Below, piece after piece: positions 25,001 through 36,015 of a stretch of DNA of 64,000 nucleotides. Every line of letters begins with the position of its first letter. Position 1 is the first letter of the stretch. The stretch comes from Amoebophrya sp. A120 (Eukaryota; Protista; Dinoflagellata): assembly GCA_905178155.1 (NCBI GenBank), contig CAJINV010000014.1, forward strand, positions 527,040 through 591,039, read 5' to 3'. The position numbers and the translations under genes are program-made. Under the pieces are notes generated by a model that did not search any database, was not told the DNA's origin, and was given only the letters and a program-made list of their open reading frames with translations.

Positions 25001-28000
25001 AAATACATAGATCAAAATTTGCATGCTGGGAAATCGAAGCCACAAAGAGTATCATGTGCATGTGAGCTTGAGCCTTTAGAGGTACCTTATTCTGCACAAC
25101 TCCTCGTCCGGACGTAGCGCCGCCACTGTCCGTAGTTCCCTCGATGAGCTTGTGCAGTTCCTCGTCCGTCTTGTCAAAGGTGGAAGAAATGTTGATTTTC
25201 ATCGAGTTTCCAGCCAGATTCCTCCCGCCACTCGATGCTGCGGCCCCGAAGGCGTTCCCGCGCCGGAAGGGCATAGAAGTAGAACTACTAGTACCTCCAG
25301 AAGTTCTTGTAGACGTTTCGCGGTTCATCTGCAGGAAGGCACTGGCCGGCTTTTCCTCGTAATCGGGGAGAAAGTCGTCGTCCAAAATACTTGCGGTTTT
25401 GCTCTTGACCAACCCCGAAGCCAGGAACAGATCCTGTATCGAATTGGAAGAAGAGGAGGACGATGCCGTCGAGGTCGTCGTAGGAGTACTATTTTCTGCT
25501 CGATTCGGCGGGCCGAAGGGGCCGAAAACAGGTCCGGTCGGAGGTGGTGCGCCAGCAGCTGCTGCCCGGCTACCCGAAGTATAATTAGTCGCCCCTCGTC
25601 CGCGACTGCTGATCATGTTGTCCTCCTCATCATCGTGATTTTGCATGTTGACCACCGGGGGTAGTTTCAGAGCCTCTCGCGACTTGCGTTTCTTCTGCTT
25701 CTGGGACTTGTTCACGGACCGATTGATGTTGGACGAAGAGGAGGAACTAGAGGTGCCAGCACTTGCAGTGTTGTTACTGGACAGAAATGCACCCGCAGTT
25801 CCCGGCTGCGGGTGGGGGCCCAACAAAGGTCCCGCGGCGCCGCGGCCGGCATGCGGCGGGCTGTCGTCGCTGGATGACAAGGAGTCGGAACTGGAGGAGT
25901 TATGGCGTTCTCAACTGTTACATCCTCAACTGTTACATGGATTTGTGATGCAAAAAGTGCAACAGTGAAATAGGAGACCTTGCGCTTCTTGCATGACAGA
26001 TTTGGCAAAGATTCTCAGCCTGTTGGGCTCGTCGGGAATTTGTCATGCGAAGCAGCTTGATTGCGTCGATTCTGATTGCAATTTTGCATGACAAATCATG
26101 TAACAGTTGAGAATGTAACATTTGAGAACGCCATAGGAGTCGCTGTCACTGTCTGAATTCTCGAACCAACTGTCGTCGACGACATAGTTGGAATCTTGCC
26201 TGTGAGAATTCGTGTTGGTGGAGGAATTTATTTAAGTATTTGCGTGGCATACGCATATCTTTTAGTTTTACCCCACGTGAAAAATGCGCTATATGACAGA
26301 GAGCGGAGGTACTGTTTCTAGCAGCTTGTTCGAATTGGAATTCTTATTCTTCTTGTAACTTCTGAACATGCGGACTAGTTCTCCTCGCGGTATAACTTAG
26401 TGCGATTGATGTTTTTTGTTTTTCAGCAATGTCGATGATGCGCGAACGTTGATACAACCTGGTATAATCAACTATCAATGATGCCGAGCAATGCAACCCG
26501 TGCGGACATTGATCTAAGTAAACTCATAAGTACCTTCTCCTCGGTCCCGCCCCGCCGCTCCCGCTGGAGCTGCTTCGTCCCGGCGGCCCTATCGGCGACA
26601 AATCGTCGTCCTCCGAAGCGCGCCGCCTTCTGTCCAATTGCTCCAGATCCACCTCCAGTTCGTGGTCTAACGCCTGTTCGTCCGCCCGCGCGAGCGCGTT
26701 GGGATCCAGCAAGAGACCACCCCCGCCCTTGTTCCCGAACGAGCCCCGCAGCGTCGCGTTTCTCAAGTCCTCCTCCAAAAACTGCTTCCGCTGCCGCTCC
26801 GATTCCAATTCCTGCACCTTCCGCTCTTCTATCCAGGAGAAAACACCCATCCCCATCCAATTTGTCATGCAAAACATGCATAGAGTCCACTATTTGTCAT
26901 GCAAAAAATGGATGGGGATGGGTGTTTTTTTCTGGATATCTTCCGCCTTGATGATCGCTTTGTAACTGACGAAAACTTTCGACAAGACCTGCACCTCGCG
27001 GAAGTCCTTTTTTCTCCCCGGAATGTTGGGGCCCCCGCCCCCGTCTTTCGGGGGAGGGGGCTGGGGCCCGATACCGGAGAAGATGTTGCCATTCTGGTTT
27101 TGGTATCAAATGCAAAAGTGTCTGGGTCTGGAAGGATGCAAGGTTTGTCGTGCACATTTTGCATGACTTCTGATGTCTGTGATGCATTCCCTAGCATCAC
27201 AGATTTTGTGAGGGCTTCCTGATGCCTGTACCGCATGAGAAATGCCCTCTCGGCGTGGCAAAAACTGGACCTCTTTTGCTTTTCATGCAATACAGACTTT
27301 TGTAGAATCCAGACGCAGCATCACAAGTTGCATGCTTCCAGACCCAGACATTTTTACATTTGATATTTGGTTATTCGTCACTGCAAACCGCTCCGCGTCC
27401 GAGTTCCGGTTGCACCAGGGCTCGATGAAAACCTCGTTCTCGAAGTTATGGCGTTCTCAGCTGTTACACTCTCGTCTGTTACATGGATTTGTCATGCAAG
27501 AACGCCAAAAGTGAAAGGGGGAAGATTGCGCCTTTTGCATGACAGACTTGGCACAGATTCTCATCCTGTTTGTCCCTTCGGGAATTTGTCATGCGAGGGA
27601 GCTTGATTCATCATCATGTAGTGGACACCCGCTCCCAGCGCCACAGGTCAAGGATCCCCTCCCCGGGGGGTGGGCGAGGATTCATATCGACTCTGATTGG
27701 AATTTTGCATGACAAATCATGTAGCAGTTGAGAATGTAACGTTTGAGAGCCCCATAGAAGTGCTCAAACAGAAACTTGATCAGTTGCCGCATCAACTGGA
27801 ACTGCTGCGACCCCTGCGCGATGGCCTGCAACAGGGCCAAAATCGAGGAGAGCAGCGAGTTGCCCGCGTACCGCTTGGCGGCCTGTTGGCTCGCGGATTG
27901 TTGGTAAGCTGTAGAACCAGGGGGTGGAGAGGACGGGGAATTCATCATGTCCAGACCCGTTCTTGGGGAAGACAAGGACGCTGACGCAGCACCACGATTA

Positions 28001-31000
28001 TTAAAACCTCTGGCACCTCCACCTGCGCCTGAGTAGCTACTCAGTTGCTGCACCACGGGCTTGGCCATCTCTTCCAGCTGGTCCTTCAGAATCTTCATCA
28101 CGGGCTTCCACAAGATGTCCGGCGACTTCATCAGCAGCCGGCCCAGCTGTTCCTGGTTCCGCATGATCACGGTGCGGATGAATTTGATGATCGCGATGTG
28201 CAGAAACTTGCACGGAATGGCGAACAGTTTGCTCACTTTCTGGCAACACTCCAGGTTGGCAATGAAAATGATCACCTGCACTTGCTCCTGCTTCTTATTC
28301 GGATTCGGGTTGGTCGTCACGGATTTTTGCAGCCCGGCGCACAGGATATCCAAAATGCACTGCCGGGCAAAGTTACGGGCGTCCTCTGTCGTTGTATATA
28401 TATGGAGAAGTTGTGTGGTTTGTGATGTTGAAGAAATTATATTAAGGGTCATCTTCCACAACTATCTAGGCTCGAGTCACCGAAGTAGAAGATGACAGGG
28501 AGAAGCTGCCTTTCATCATTTTTATACCTCAAAAGTTGGGTCTTGGCCAAAAAAATTACAAGATCTTTTCTCTGTACTACTAGCTAAGTACACTTACCAT
28601 CCATCCTCTCGTCGAACAGTGTTTTTTCCTTCAGGGCCGTGACTAGCGGCACCATGACCCCCTGGCTCTTGTCCCACATAATCTCGCAAAAACCCTCCCG
28701 CTCCGCGCCCCCGACCTTCTGCACGTTGGCGAAATTATGGAACCCGAACCCGCCGGACCCGGACTCCGCGGAGGCCAGCATGGCGGACAGCTGCGGGTTG
28801 TGCTGCGCTTCGAAGTCCAGACACCACCGGAGGAGCTCGCACACAAGGGACTGCGTGGGCTGGTCGTTTTCGACCAACAAAAGTTCCGCGATCTTTTTCA
28901 GCCACGAGGGATTGTCGATGGCGTGCTTGCGGATCAACGAGGGGTTGTGGTACGCGTACATCTATCCTGTGCAAAAGTATCGTACTCGTATTGCTAATGC
29001 AGTCATGCATTACAATTTTTTTCCTAAACAAAGGTAAATCCGCATTACAAATATTTTTTTCTCTTGCTGAGGAAATTTGTAATGCATTTATACGAGAAGT
29101 ACGATACTTTTGCAGTGCATAACATCTGCAGAATGTCCAGCGCGACCGTCCGCGTGGACGCGTGCGGGGATCGGCGGATCGGGAAGGGGCCCGCGAGGTT
29201 CTCGAACTTTTTCGCCGCGGTCCGGGGGGTGAGGGGGATCAGCGTCCCATCCAACGCCGTCGTGGTCAGTTTATCTGACAGCTTCAAAGCCTCCTCCAAC
29301 CCACTGGTACTAAGTTGTTTAGCAGGAGAGGAATCTTGTTTCCTGTCGCCGCTTTGTTGCGTCGTGGAAGAGGGTCCTCTTGGAGTCATTGGGAGATCAT
29401 TTTTGTCCCCGGCGCCGTCGATATTATTGGTCGTGGCAGCTGCACTATGACAGTGCACAACCCCCCCTCCCCCTGATTTGTCATGCAAAATACGCAAGCC
29501 ACCCTTTGCCTCTTGGCACTGTTTGCTTGACAAGTTCTGGTGGTCCAAATAGCACTACACTCCAGTGCAAATTTGTATTTGGCATGCAGAACCGGCGTTC
29601 TTGCTCATGCTTGTATTGCCGCCCATGCTATACAAATGAGGGGGAGGGGGAGTTGTGCATTGTCATATGCACCTGGCCCGTTCACGGTTTCCAGGTCGTC
29701 AATCAATTTCAACTGCTGCTGAAAGTCGTCGCTGTGGTAGAGTTATCAACTGCAAATATGTTTGGGTCTGGAAGATAATTACAGGACAACTTCTCATGCA
29801 GCTATTCCGTGCCCCATGCTGTCTCTGATGTTGTGTGTTCTAGCATCACAGATTTTCTGAGTCCTTTGTGCTGGTGCCTATCTTGCATCAGAAAGTGCCC
29901 TCTCGACGTAGCAAAAACGGAACTCCTCTTGCTGCTCAGGCAATACAGATCGTTTTAGCGCCGTCCAGAAGCAGCATCACAAGTTGCAACTCTTTCAGAC
30001 CCAGACGTGGTTGCAACGCATAAGGGGTTTTCCACTTCGAAACCAATCACGTCGCCGTCGTGCGGGACTTCGGGCTCCAGGAGAAAGGGGAGCAGGAGGT
30101 TGAACAGTTGCTTTCGCTCGAAAGCGATGTACCTGAAGGATGGTTTGGATCGAAGATAAAATCCAGGTAGATGAACTACAAACATCGTTTGACTTTATGT
30201 ATTTTGAGGCTTTCACAACTTCACACGACACATTGAGGATAGGATCTTTTTCGACCAATGCATGATTAGATCATAAATGTAAAATAAACTTTGGATTTGA
30301 CACTTTGCAGAATTTTCGACGTGATAAAAATAAAATTTTAAAATTTCACGGATTTTGAATTTTCAACTGCAAAACTCTGCACCAAAAAAACGACGAGGCA
30401 ACACCATTCCTGGATTTGTCTCATTCATTCGAATAAAGTGACAGCTTGGCTCTTCTTTTTCCTCAGGTTCGCCCACTCTTTAAAAATAAAAAATTGAAAT
30501 TTCGCGGATTTATCCTTTCAATAAAAATAAAACTTTGAATTTTCGTCGATCAAATTGAAGTTCTTGTAATCCGAGTGAACTCAGAGTACTAGCAGCTTGA
30601 ATATCATAGTATTGATTGTACTAAAAAGAACTGCTTGCTTTGTTACTTGTTCGTCTCTGTACGCAGGGAATTGAAATTTTGAAATCCTCCCGAAATGGTA
30701 AAAAACAAGCATCCATCAAAAGCATCCATATTTATACAGTCTCTCCTTTTCCGTTGGACTGAGGGCGTGATTCTGGTACCGCACCGTTCTTAGCGCTTCC
30801 GCTACGAAGTCCAAGGTGAGCCAATCCTTGGCCGCCAGCTGCTGGCTATGAACTGCAAAAGTATCGCACTCGTATAAATGCATTACAAATTCTCTCAGCA
30901 TGAGAAATCAAATTTGTAATGCGGATTTACCTTGAGAAGAAAATTTGTAATGCATGATTGCAATACGAGTACGATACTTTTGCACAGGATACTGGCAAAT

Positions 31001-34000
31001 GGTTTCCAACACTTCGTTATTTTCCTCCATGTCGATCCCATTGTTCCGCATCATCTTCTTCCGCTGCATCGCGTAGGAACTCTGCTGCAGATATGCAATG
31101 CAAATTTCCTGCACATGTACCAAATGCATGACAAATGTCACTACCTTGCAGGGTCCGACTTGTCATGCTGGACTAGGATTGAAGGCAAGTTTTGTCATGC
31201 AGAGACTGCATTTGTACTTCGTGTACGGGAATAAATTTACTGTGGATAGCAGACTGGGCGAGTTGGTGCAAATGGCCTCGATCAGCTGGTTCAAATTCTG
31301 CCCCTATCATATGCAAAAACGTCCCCACCCCATAGCTGTCATGCAATTCCGCATGCCAAAAAAGTTTCTCATGCGGAGCTCTATGAGAAGTATTTTTCTT
31401 TCGTGTTTTGGAATTTGTGATGCTAGAATCAGCATACTATGCTAGATCTGTCATGCTTCTGAACTAGGGAAACAGCATTACACTCCGAGGACAAACTTGT
31501 CATGCCAAACAACCAAAGCTAGTCGATTTGTCTAGCAGATTTCCAAACTTAGCTCTGGTGTGGGTACGTTTTTACTCAGGATAGCCCCACGATGATGTTC
31601 ATGACCGCGGAATTTTGGTCGTCCAGCAGCTATCCTGTGCAAAAGTACTCGCATTGCAATCATGCATTACAAATCCCTTTCTTAAGCTAAATCTGCATTA
31701 CAAATTTTTTTTCTCATGCTGCAGAAATTTGTATTGCATTTATACGAATACGATACTTTTGCAATGCATAGCAGCCGGGCCATGGCCACGTCGCGGACGT
31801 ACTGCACCCGCAGGTTCAGGTCGATCAGTTTGAAGATTTCGTCGTTCTTGAAGGTGATCACCTTTTTGAACTTCACGTCGCGCTTCAGAATCTGGCGGTG
31901 GGGGACGACCATCGCCAGTCCGGGGTCGAACTCCATGATCCCAATCATGGCCTCGTAGTTCGTGTGGTTCAGCTGTGCAATACAAATTTCCACCCGTACA
32001 TGTACAACATGCAGCACAAATTTCGCCAACTTAGAGCAGACAACTTGTCATGCTGAACAGGATTTAAGGGAAGCTTTGTCATGCAGAAACGGCTTGTGTA
32101 CGTCGTGTACGGGAAATTTGCTGTGGATATCAGCATCTTCCGCACAAGGTGCTGGTCGGCGAGCGAAAGCTATCCTGTGCAAAAGTATCGCACTCGTAGT
32201 AATTGCAGTCATGCATTACAAATGTCCTTTTTTAGGTGGATCAGCATTACAGATTCCTTTTATTTCCTTCTCGAAAAATTTGTAATGCAAATCATACTAG
32301 TGCGATACTTTTGCAATGCATAAAAGCATGTTGCGGACGATCTCGAACAAATCCTTCTTGGCGTTGATCAATCCCACCTTCTCGTGAAAAATAGCTTCCG
32401 GGTTGATATACGGCCGCGGTAGTTCCTCGGGTTCCTTAGGCCCAAAAACTAGTTGTACATTCTCGGAATTGCTATTGCAAGGCTCCTGCGAAGTAGTAGT
32501 AGGTCCTGCAGCTGTTGCACTACTTCCAGGTGGCTGCTGCTGCTCTCCTCCACCGGGAAGATGAACCTGGTTTATTTTGCTACCTTCATGATCTTGCGGG
32601 GGCCCGGCGGCGTTTTTAATATTGTCCGAGCCTCCTGGTTGATGTACTATAGCCGAGTCCAGCCCTCCTGAAGTTCCAGGTTCGGGCTCTTCTTGCGGCT
32701 GCTGATGCTGCTGGGTGCTGATGTTCGTCTGTTTCCCGTCGATCGCCGTGATAACAATGTCGTCGAGTGAGGCACCGGCACTGGCACCAGCAGCTGCTCC
32801 TACACCTGTAGTGGTCGTACCACTAGAAGTTACAACGCCAGATATTAATGGTGGAGGAGCAACATTTTGCGATGGGATGCTGGCGCCACCATCTTCGGCG
32901 GCAGAGGTGCCAGAGCTTGTTCCTGCTGCTGCAGGGATGGTGCCATCCACCGTCGAATCCGTGGCACTACTAGGTCCCGTATTATAATTCCCTTGTTGCG
33001 GCGCGGTGGTTGCGGAGCTGCTGGATGCGGAGGGCTCTTCGGCATGGTTTGATGTTGTGCCGTTGGACATACTACTCGCATCCCGCATCGGCTCATCCTC
33101 GTCTTCTGCGTCAACAGCAATGTTGTCCACGTTATTATTTTTGTTGAGATCATCTCCGTCATGCAGATCATCAGTTGCATCCTTGATTTCGACATCCTCG
33201 ATCGCCGCGTCCTTGATTTCCACATCCTCAGACTGATCTTCGGGAAGATGACCTTCTGGTGCACCAGCGGGAACCGCTGCACCTGCTGAAGTTGCGCCTG
33301 CAGTGGGCACGTGCTCCGGGTCCGGTCCGCTACTCAGATTGGTAATAGCACCTGATGCCGTTGTCGTTGTCTTGGTCTCTATCGCAGCTGCATTTTTATT
33401 TCCGTCCTGAACTTCTCCAGACGATGACGAGGCACCTCCTGCAGGAGCACCAGGCTGCTCATTGTCCGCTGCTGCCAGTGGTACAACCACCGCGCCAGGC
33501 ACTGCAGCAGCATCTCCTGAGGCGCCGCTCGGTGAGCTGGCACTTTGCTCCTTTGAGAGTTGTTGTGCCGCCTTCATGTGTGCCTCCTTCTTCCTGATGC
33601 GCTGCTCCCACTTGCACAGCTCGCTAAACATGTCCGAAACGTTGGACAGCCTGTGTTGAAGATCGATGACAATGTCGTGTGTGCGGATTTCAATTTCTGT
33701 AAATTGTGTCGTTTCTGCACAGAAGAGGAAGAGAAATAAATGTCTGCTTTTCATCTCGAAAGTTAATGCTGGCGCGTCCATCTCCTTCATGAGGCGGCCT
33801 GACTATACAGTTACAACACTTCACCGCAACAATTCGCGGAGGAGCTGCGTTCTTCGAGTTCTTGTAGTACAAGCAAAATAAAATCCCTAGAAATTATCGT
33901 CAAACAGAAAAATTGGAAAAATTCACGCAAATCTATTTCTATTACTGCATACCAACTATCCTCCTGCGACTCCTGGGCGCAGATCCGGCGGTTGTGCGGC

Positions 34001-36015
34001 GTGATTCCGCATCAAATGCAAAAGTGTCTGGGTCTGGAAGATTGCGAAACTTGTCATGCTTGTCTGGCATGACCAAAAAGTTTGTGATGCGTGTCCAAGA
34101 AGAGACCGCTTTTCCTGTCATGCAAAAACGCAGTTTGTCATGCGAAAAACGCAACACAAAGAAGCGCAGATATTTCTCATGCTTGGCCGTGCATTGCAGA
34201 GCATTCACTATTCCCAACGCAGCATTACAAGTTTCCAGACCCAGACATTTTTGCATTTGATATTCCGCCGATGGAGAGCACGTGGTCGGTGACCCGCAGC
34301 CCCTGGGTATGCAAGAAAAAAACTGTGTAACTGTAAATCTGTGATGCAGAACATGCAACAGAGTTACACCTGTCATGCCAGACAGCCACGACGTCCTCTT
34401 TCCATGTGTGTTTTCCCTTACAAACCACGCATGACAGGTTCTCTGTATCATGTAGAGCAAATCTGTGATGCTGTCAGCCACAGAAAGCTACACTAACACA
34501 GTTTTTTTCTTGGATACTGGGTGGGCGGCGGCGACTGTCCGTTGTGCGCCTGGGCGTACTGCACCTGCTGTCGCGCCATGAAATTTGTGGCAAAATTCGA
34601 GAGGACCATGGAGGTTTGGTGCAAGTTTTGGAGGTCCAAAAAATCCGGGAGCACCTTCCGCCGCCGGGCATTCAGCGCCCGGGTCTTCATCTCGATGGCG
34701 CGCCGGAGCATCAACTCGGTGTCACCTGAGCGGAGAATTTGATAGAAGAGCTGGGGCGGTATCGGTGAGTTTGCTCTTGCTCACGTACTAGAATTGTTCA
34801 CTAGGTTCTTGACTAAAAATATACGCGCATGTTGCTGGCAAGAAAAACGTAGATCGTTGGTCGTGTTCTTCATTCATTCGCACAAAGATGTTCTTGTAGT
34901 GGTCTTTTTCTTCTAGATACCTATCGGGTTTCCAATCGTCTCCAAGTCGGTTCGTTTTCGCGACAGTACGGCATAAAGCGCTCGTGCGTCCTCCGGTCGC
35001 TCTAGAGAAAGGGCGAAATCTTTCCCAATGATGTCTTCCCAGACGATAATGGTTTCTTGAACGGCTGTTGTGTGTAAATTGGTACGTTCAGTTCATCTGC
35101 CATGCACATGATGACTAAACGTACTTTTATTTACGAATTACTATGCGCGTCGTACAAGTACTTACAGAAGGATGTTGACAGAAGTTGGTGAGACCCACGG
35201 AGAGTTGTTGTCGTTGTATCGTGCATGCAAATTTTCACGCACCTCTTCTACCGACTCCGACGTCCAGACGTACTACTACATGTTCTTGCTTCAAGCATCA
35301 AACACGCGCAAACAGAAAATTTCGCACCTCCAGATTCCGCCGCTTCGGCTTCGCTCATGCCGTCCGTCTGCATGTGGTAGCTTTCGGCGCCGAGCACGTG
35401 AAAGGTTTTGATTTCTTTCCCTGTCTCCGTCTGAATCCGCAGCTTCCCGCGGGACAGGATCGGCACAAAGTCCATCCTCAGGTGCTGCGGTCCGGACCTT
35501 TTCTTTTTCTTCTTCTTTTTCTCCTTGTTTTGTCCCTCGTCTCCACCACCTTCTGCGGGGGAGACGCCGTTCGCCTGCGGAGACGAGGATCCGCCTTCAG
35601 GATGTTGGACGTTGCCATTGTCCTCATTTTTGTCGTCATTTCCGTTATTTTCGTCGTCCTCCACCTCCTCACTCTCGCTGTCACTGTCGCTTTTACTGGA
35701 AATGACCTTCTTGATCTCTTCCTGCTTCCGCAAATCGCAAAACACGTACCCGGTACCCAAATCGGCCCACTCCTGCTCTCCGTCGTCGTTCGTGCGGAAC
35801 TCGTACAGCTTGCAGCGAAATTCGTAGTTCGTGTTTTGCTGATTGAGGTTCGGAGGTCCCAAGCCTTGCTGCGTTTGTGATGCTGCTCCTGTGGCACCGT
35901 TGTTATTGTTGTTGTAATGCTGCTGCATGAACTGACTGTAGCCCTGCCCACCGCCGCCGCCACTGCCGTAGCTGCCCTGGTGCCCGCCAGTCGTGGTTCC
36001 GGTGCCGCCACGCAT
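22069..36015 (-). CDS. PP4R3: Protein phosphatase 4 regulatory subunit 3 (SMEK/Psy2-like), ~2550 aa, ~26 exons (19 introners plus ~6 GT-AG introns)
   Basis: N-terminal EVH1-like FRCKLYEF..EWADLGTGYV and SMK-1 domain IGIMEFDPGL..HRQIL...KFKKVI...RVQYVRDVAMARLLDD. Junctions traced in frame to the stop at 22069; intron near 33.7-33.96 kb has uncertain boundaries. Confidence 0.82.
23348..23626. mobile_element. Introner family A, copy 2 (279 bp)
   Basis: Perfect 32-bp TIR TATCCTGAGTAAAAACGTACCCACACCAGAGT; TSD TTTCC. Confidence 0.93.
23673..23993. mobile_element. Introner family B, copy 4 (321 bp)
   Basis: Family B TIRs; TSD GTAGA; frame restored. Confidence 0.9.
24482..24716. mobile_element. Introner family C, copy 3 (235 bp)
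   Basis: Family C TIR; TSD TCCTC; removal gives NAEEEDQSAK. Confidence 0.9.
24756..24863. mobile_element. Introner family J, copy 1 (108 bp)
   Basis: TIR TATCCAGGAAAAAACATCCATCCCCATCCA; TSD ACAAA. Confidence 0.92.
24892..25085 (-). other. Canonical GT-AG intron (194 bp)
   Basis: AAG|GTACCT ... CTGCAG|AGC in frame. Confidence 0.65.
25901..26135. mobile_element. Introner family C, copy 4 (235 bp)
   Basis: Family C TIR; TSD GGAGT. Confidence 0.9.
26200..26533 (-). other. Canonical GT-AG intron (334 bp)
   Basis: AG|GTACTT ... TCACAG|G in frame (RRRQDSNY). Confidence 0.65.
26830..26938. mobile_element. Introner family J, copy 2 (109 bp)
   Basis: Family J TIR; TSD TCTTC; removal gives IKAEERKVQE. 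Confidence 0.92.
27104..27365. mobile_element. Introner family D, copy 2 (262 bp)
   Basis: TGTCTGGGTCTGGAA-type TIR; TSD TTTGG. Confidence 0.9.
27447..27756. mobile_element. Introner family C, copy 5 (310 bp) carrying a nested 67-bp insertion
   Basis: Family C TIR; TSD GAAGT; 74 bp longer than its siblings. Confidence 0.88.
27612..27678 (-). mobile_element. Nested GC-rich insertion with 7-bp TSD, possibly the 3' end of a truncated non-LTR retroelement
   Basis: GATTCAT at 27605-27611 and 27679-27685; ends in ATG repeats on the minus strand; removal restores the family C length of 236 bp. Confidence 0.6.
28386..28597 (-). other. Canonical GT-AG intron (212 bp)
   Basis: GATG|GTAAGT ... GACAG|AG in frame. 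Confidence 0.7.
28963..29121. mobile_element. Introner family E (159 bp)
   Basis: TATCCTGTGCAAAAGTATCGTACT / AGTACGATACTTTTGCAGTGCATA; TSD ACATC. Confidence 0.9.
29446..29667. mobile_element. Introner family I, copy 1 (222 bp)
   Basis: TATGACAGTGCACAACCCCCCCTCCCC / GGGGAGGGGGAGTTGTGCATTGTCATA; TSD TGCAC. Confidence 0.9.
29744..30022. mobile_element. Introner family D, diverged copy (279 bp)
   Basis: Family D TIR; flanks AGAGT/AGGGG (3/5); frame restored. Confidence 0.78.
30133..30779 (-). other. Canonical GT-AG intron (647 bp, AT-rich)
   Basis: CG|GTACCA ... CTTCAG|G in frame (TVRYIAFER). Confidence 0.65.
30847..30991. mobile_element. Introner family E (145 bp, inverted)
   Basis: Family E TIR; TSD CTGGC; near-identical to 41763-41907. 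Confidence 0.9.
31092..31248. mobile_element. Introner family H, copy 2 (157 bp)
   Basis: Family H termini; TSD GCAGA. Confidence 0.88.
31305..31583. mobile_element. Introner family A, copy 3 (279 bp, inverted, diverged)
   Basis: Right end CTCTGGTGTGGGTACGTTTTTACTCAGGATA; internal CGTGTTTTGGAATTTGTGATGCT is the reverse complement of copies 1 and 2; TSD GCCCC. Confidence 0.88.
31631..31770. mobile_element. Introner family E (140 bp)
   Basis: Family E TIR; TSD GCAGC; removal gives AMARLLDDQ. Confidence 0.9.
31974..32129. mobile_element. Introner family H, copy 3 (156 bp)
   Basis: Family H termini (left end TGT); TSD TCAGC. Confidence 0.88.
32171..32322. mobile_element. Introner family E (152 bp)
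   Basis: Family E TIR; TSD AAAGC. Confidence 0.9.
34010..34262. mobile_element. Introner family D (253 bp)
   Basis: Family D TIR (left end CAT); TSD TTCCG. Confidence 0.9.
34308..34516. mobile_element. Introner family K (209 bp)
   Basis: TATGCAAGAAAAAAACTGTGT / ACACAGTTTTTTTCTTGGATA; TSD CTGGG. Confidence 0.88.
34726..35327 (-). other. Canonical GT-AG intron (602 bp)
   Basis: GAG|GTGCGA ... GCTCAG|GT in frame. Confidence 0.6.
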
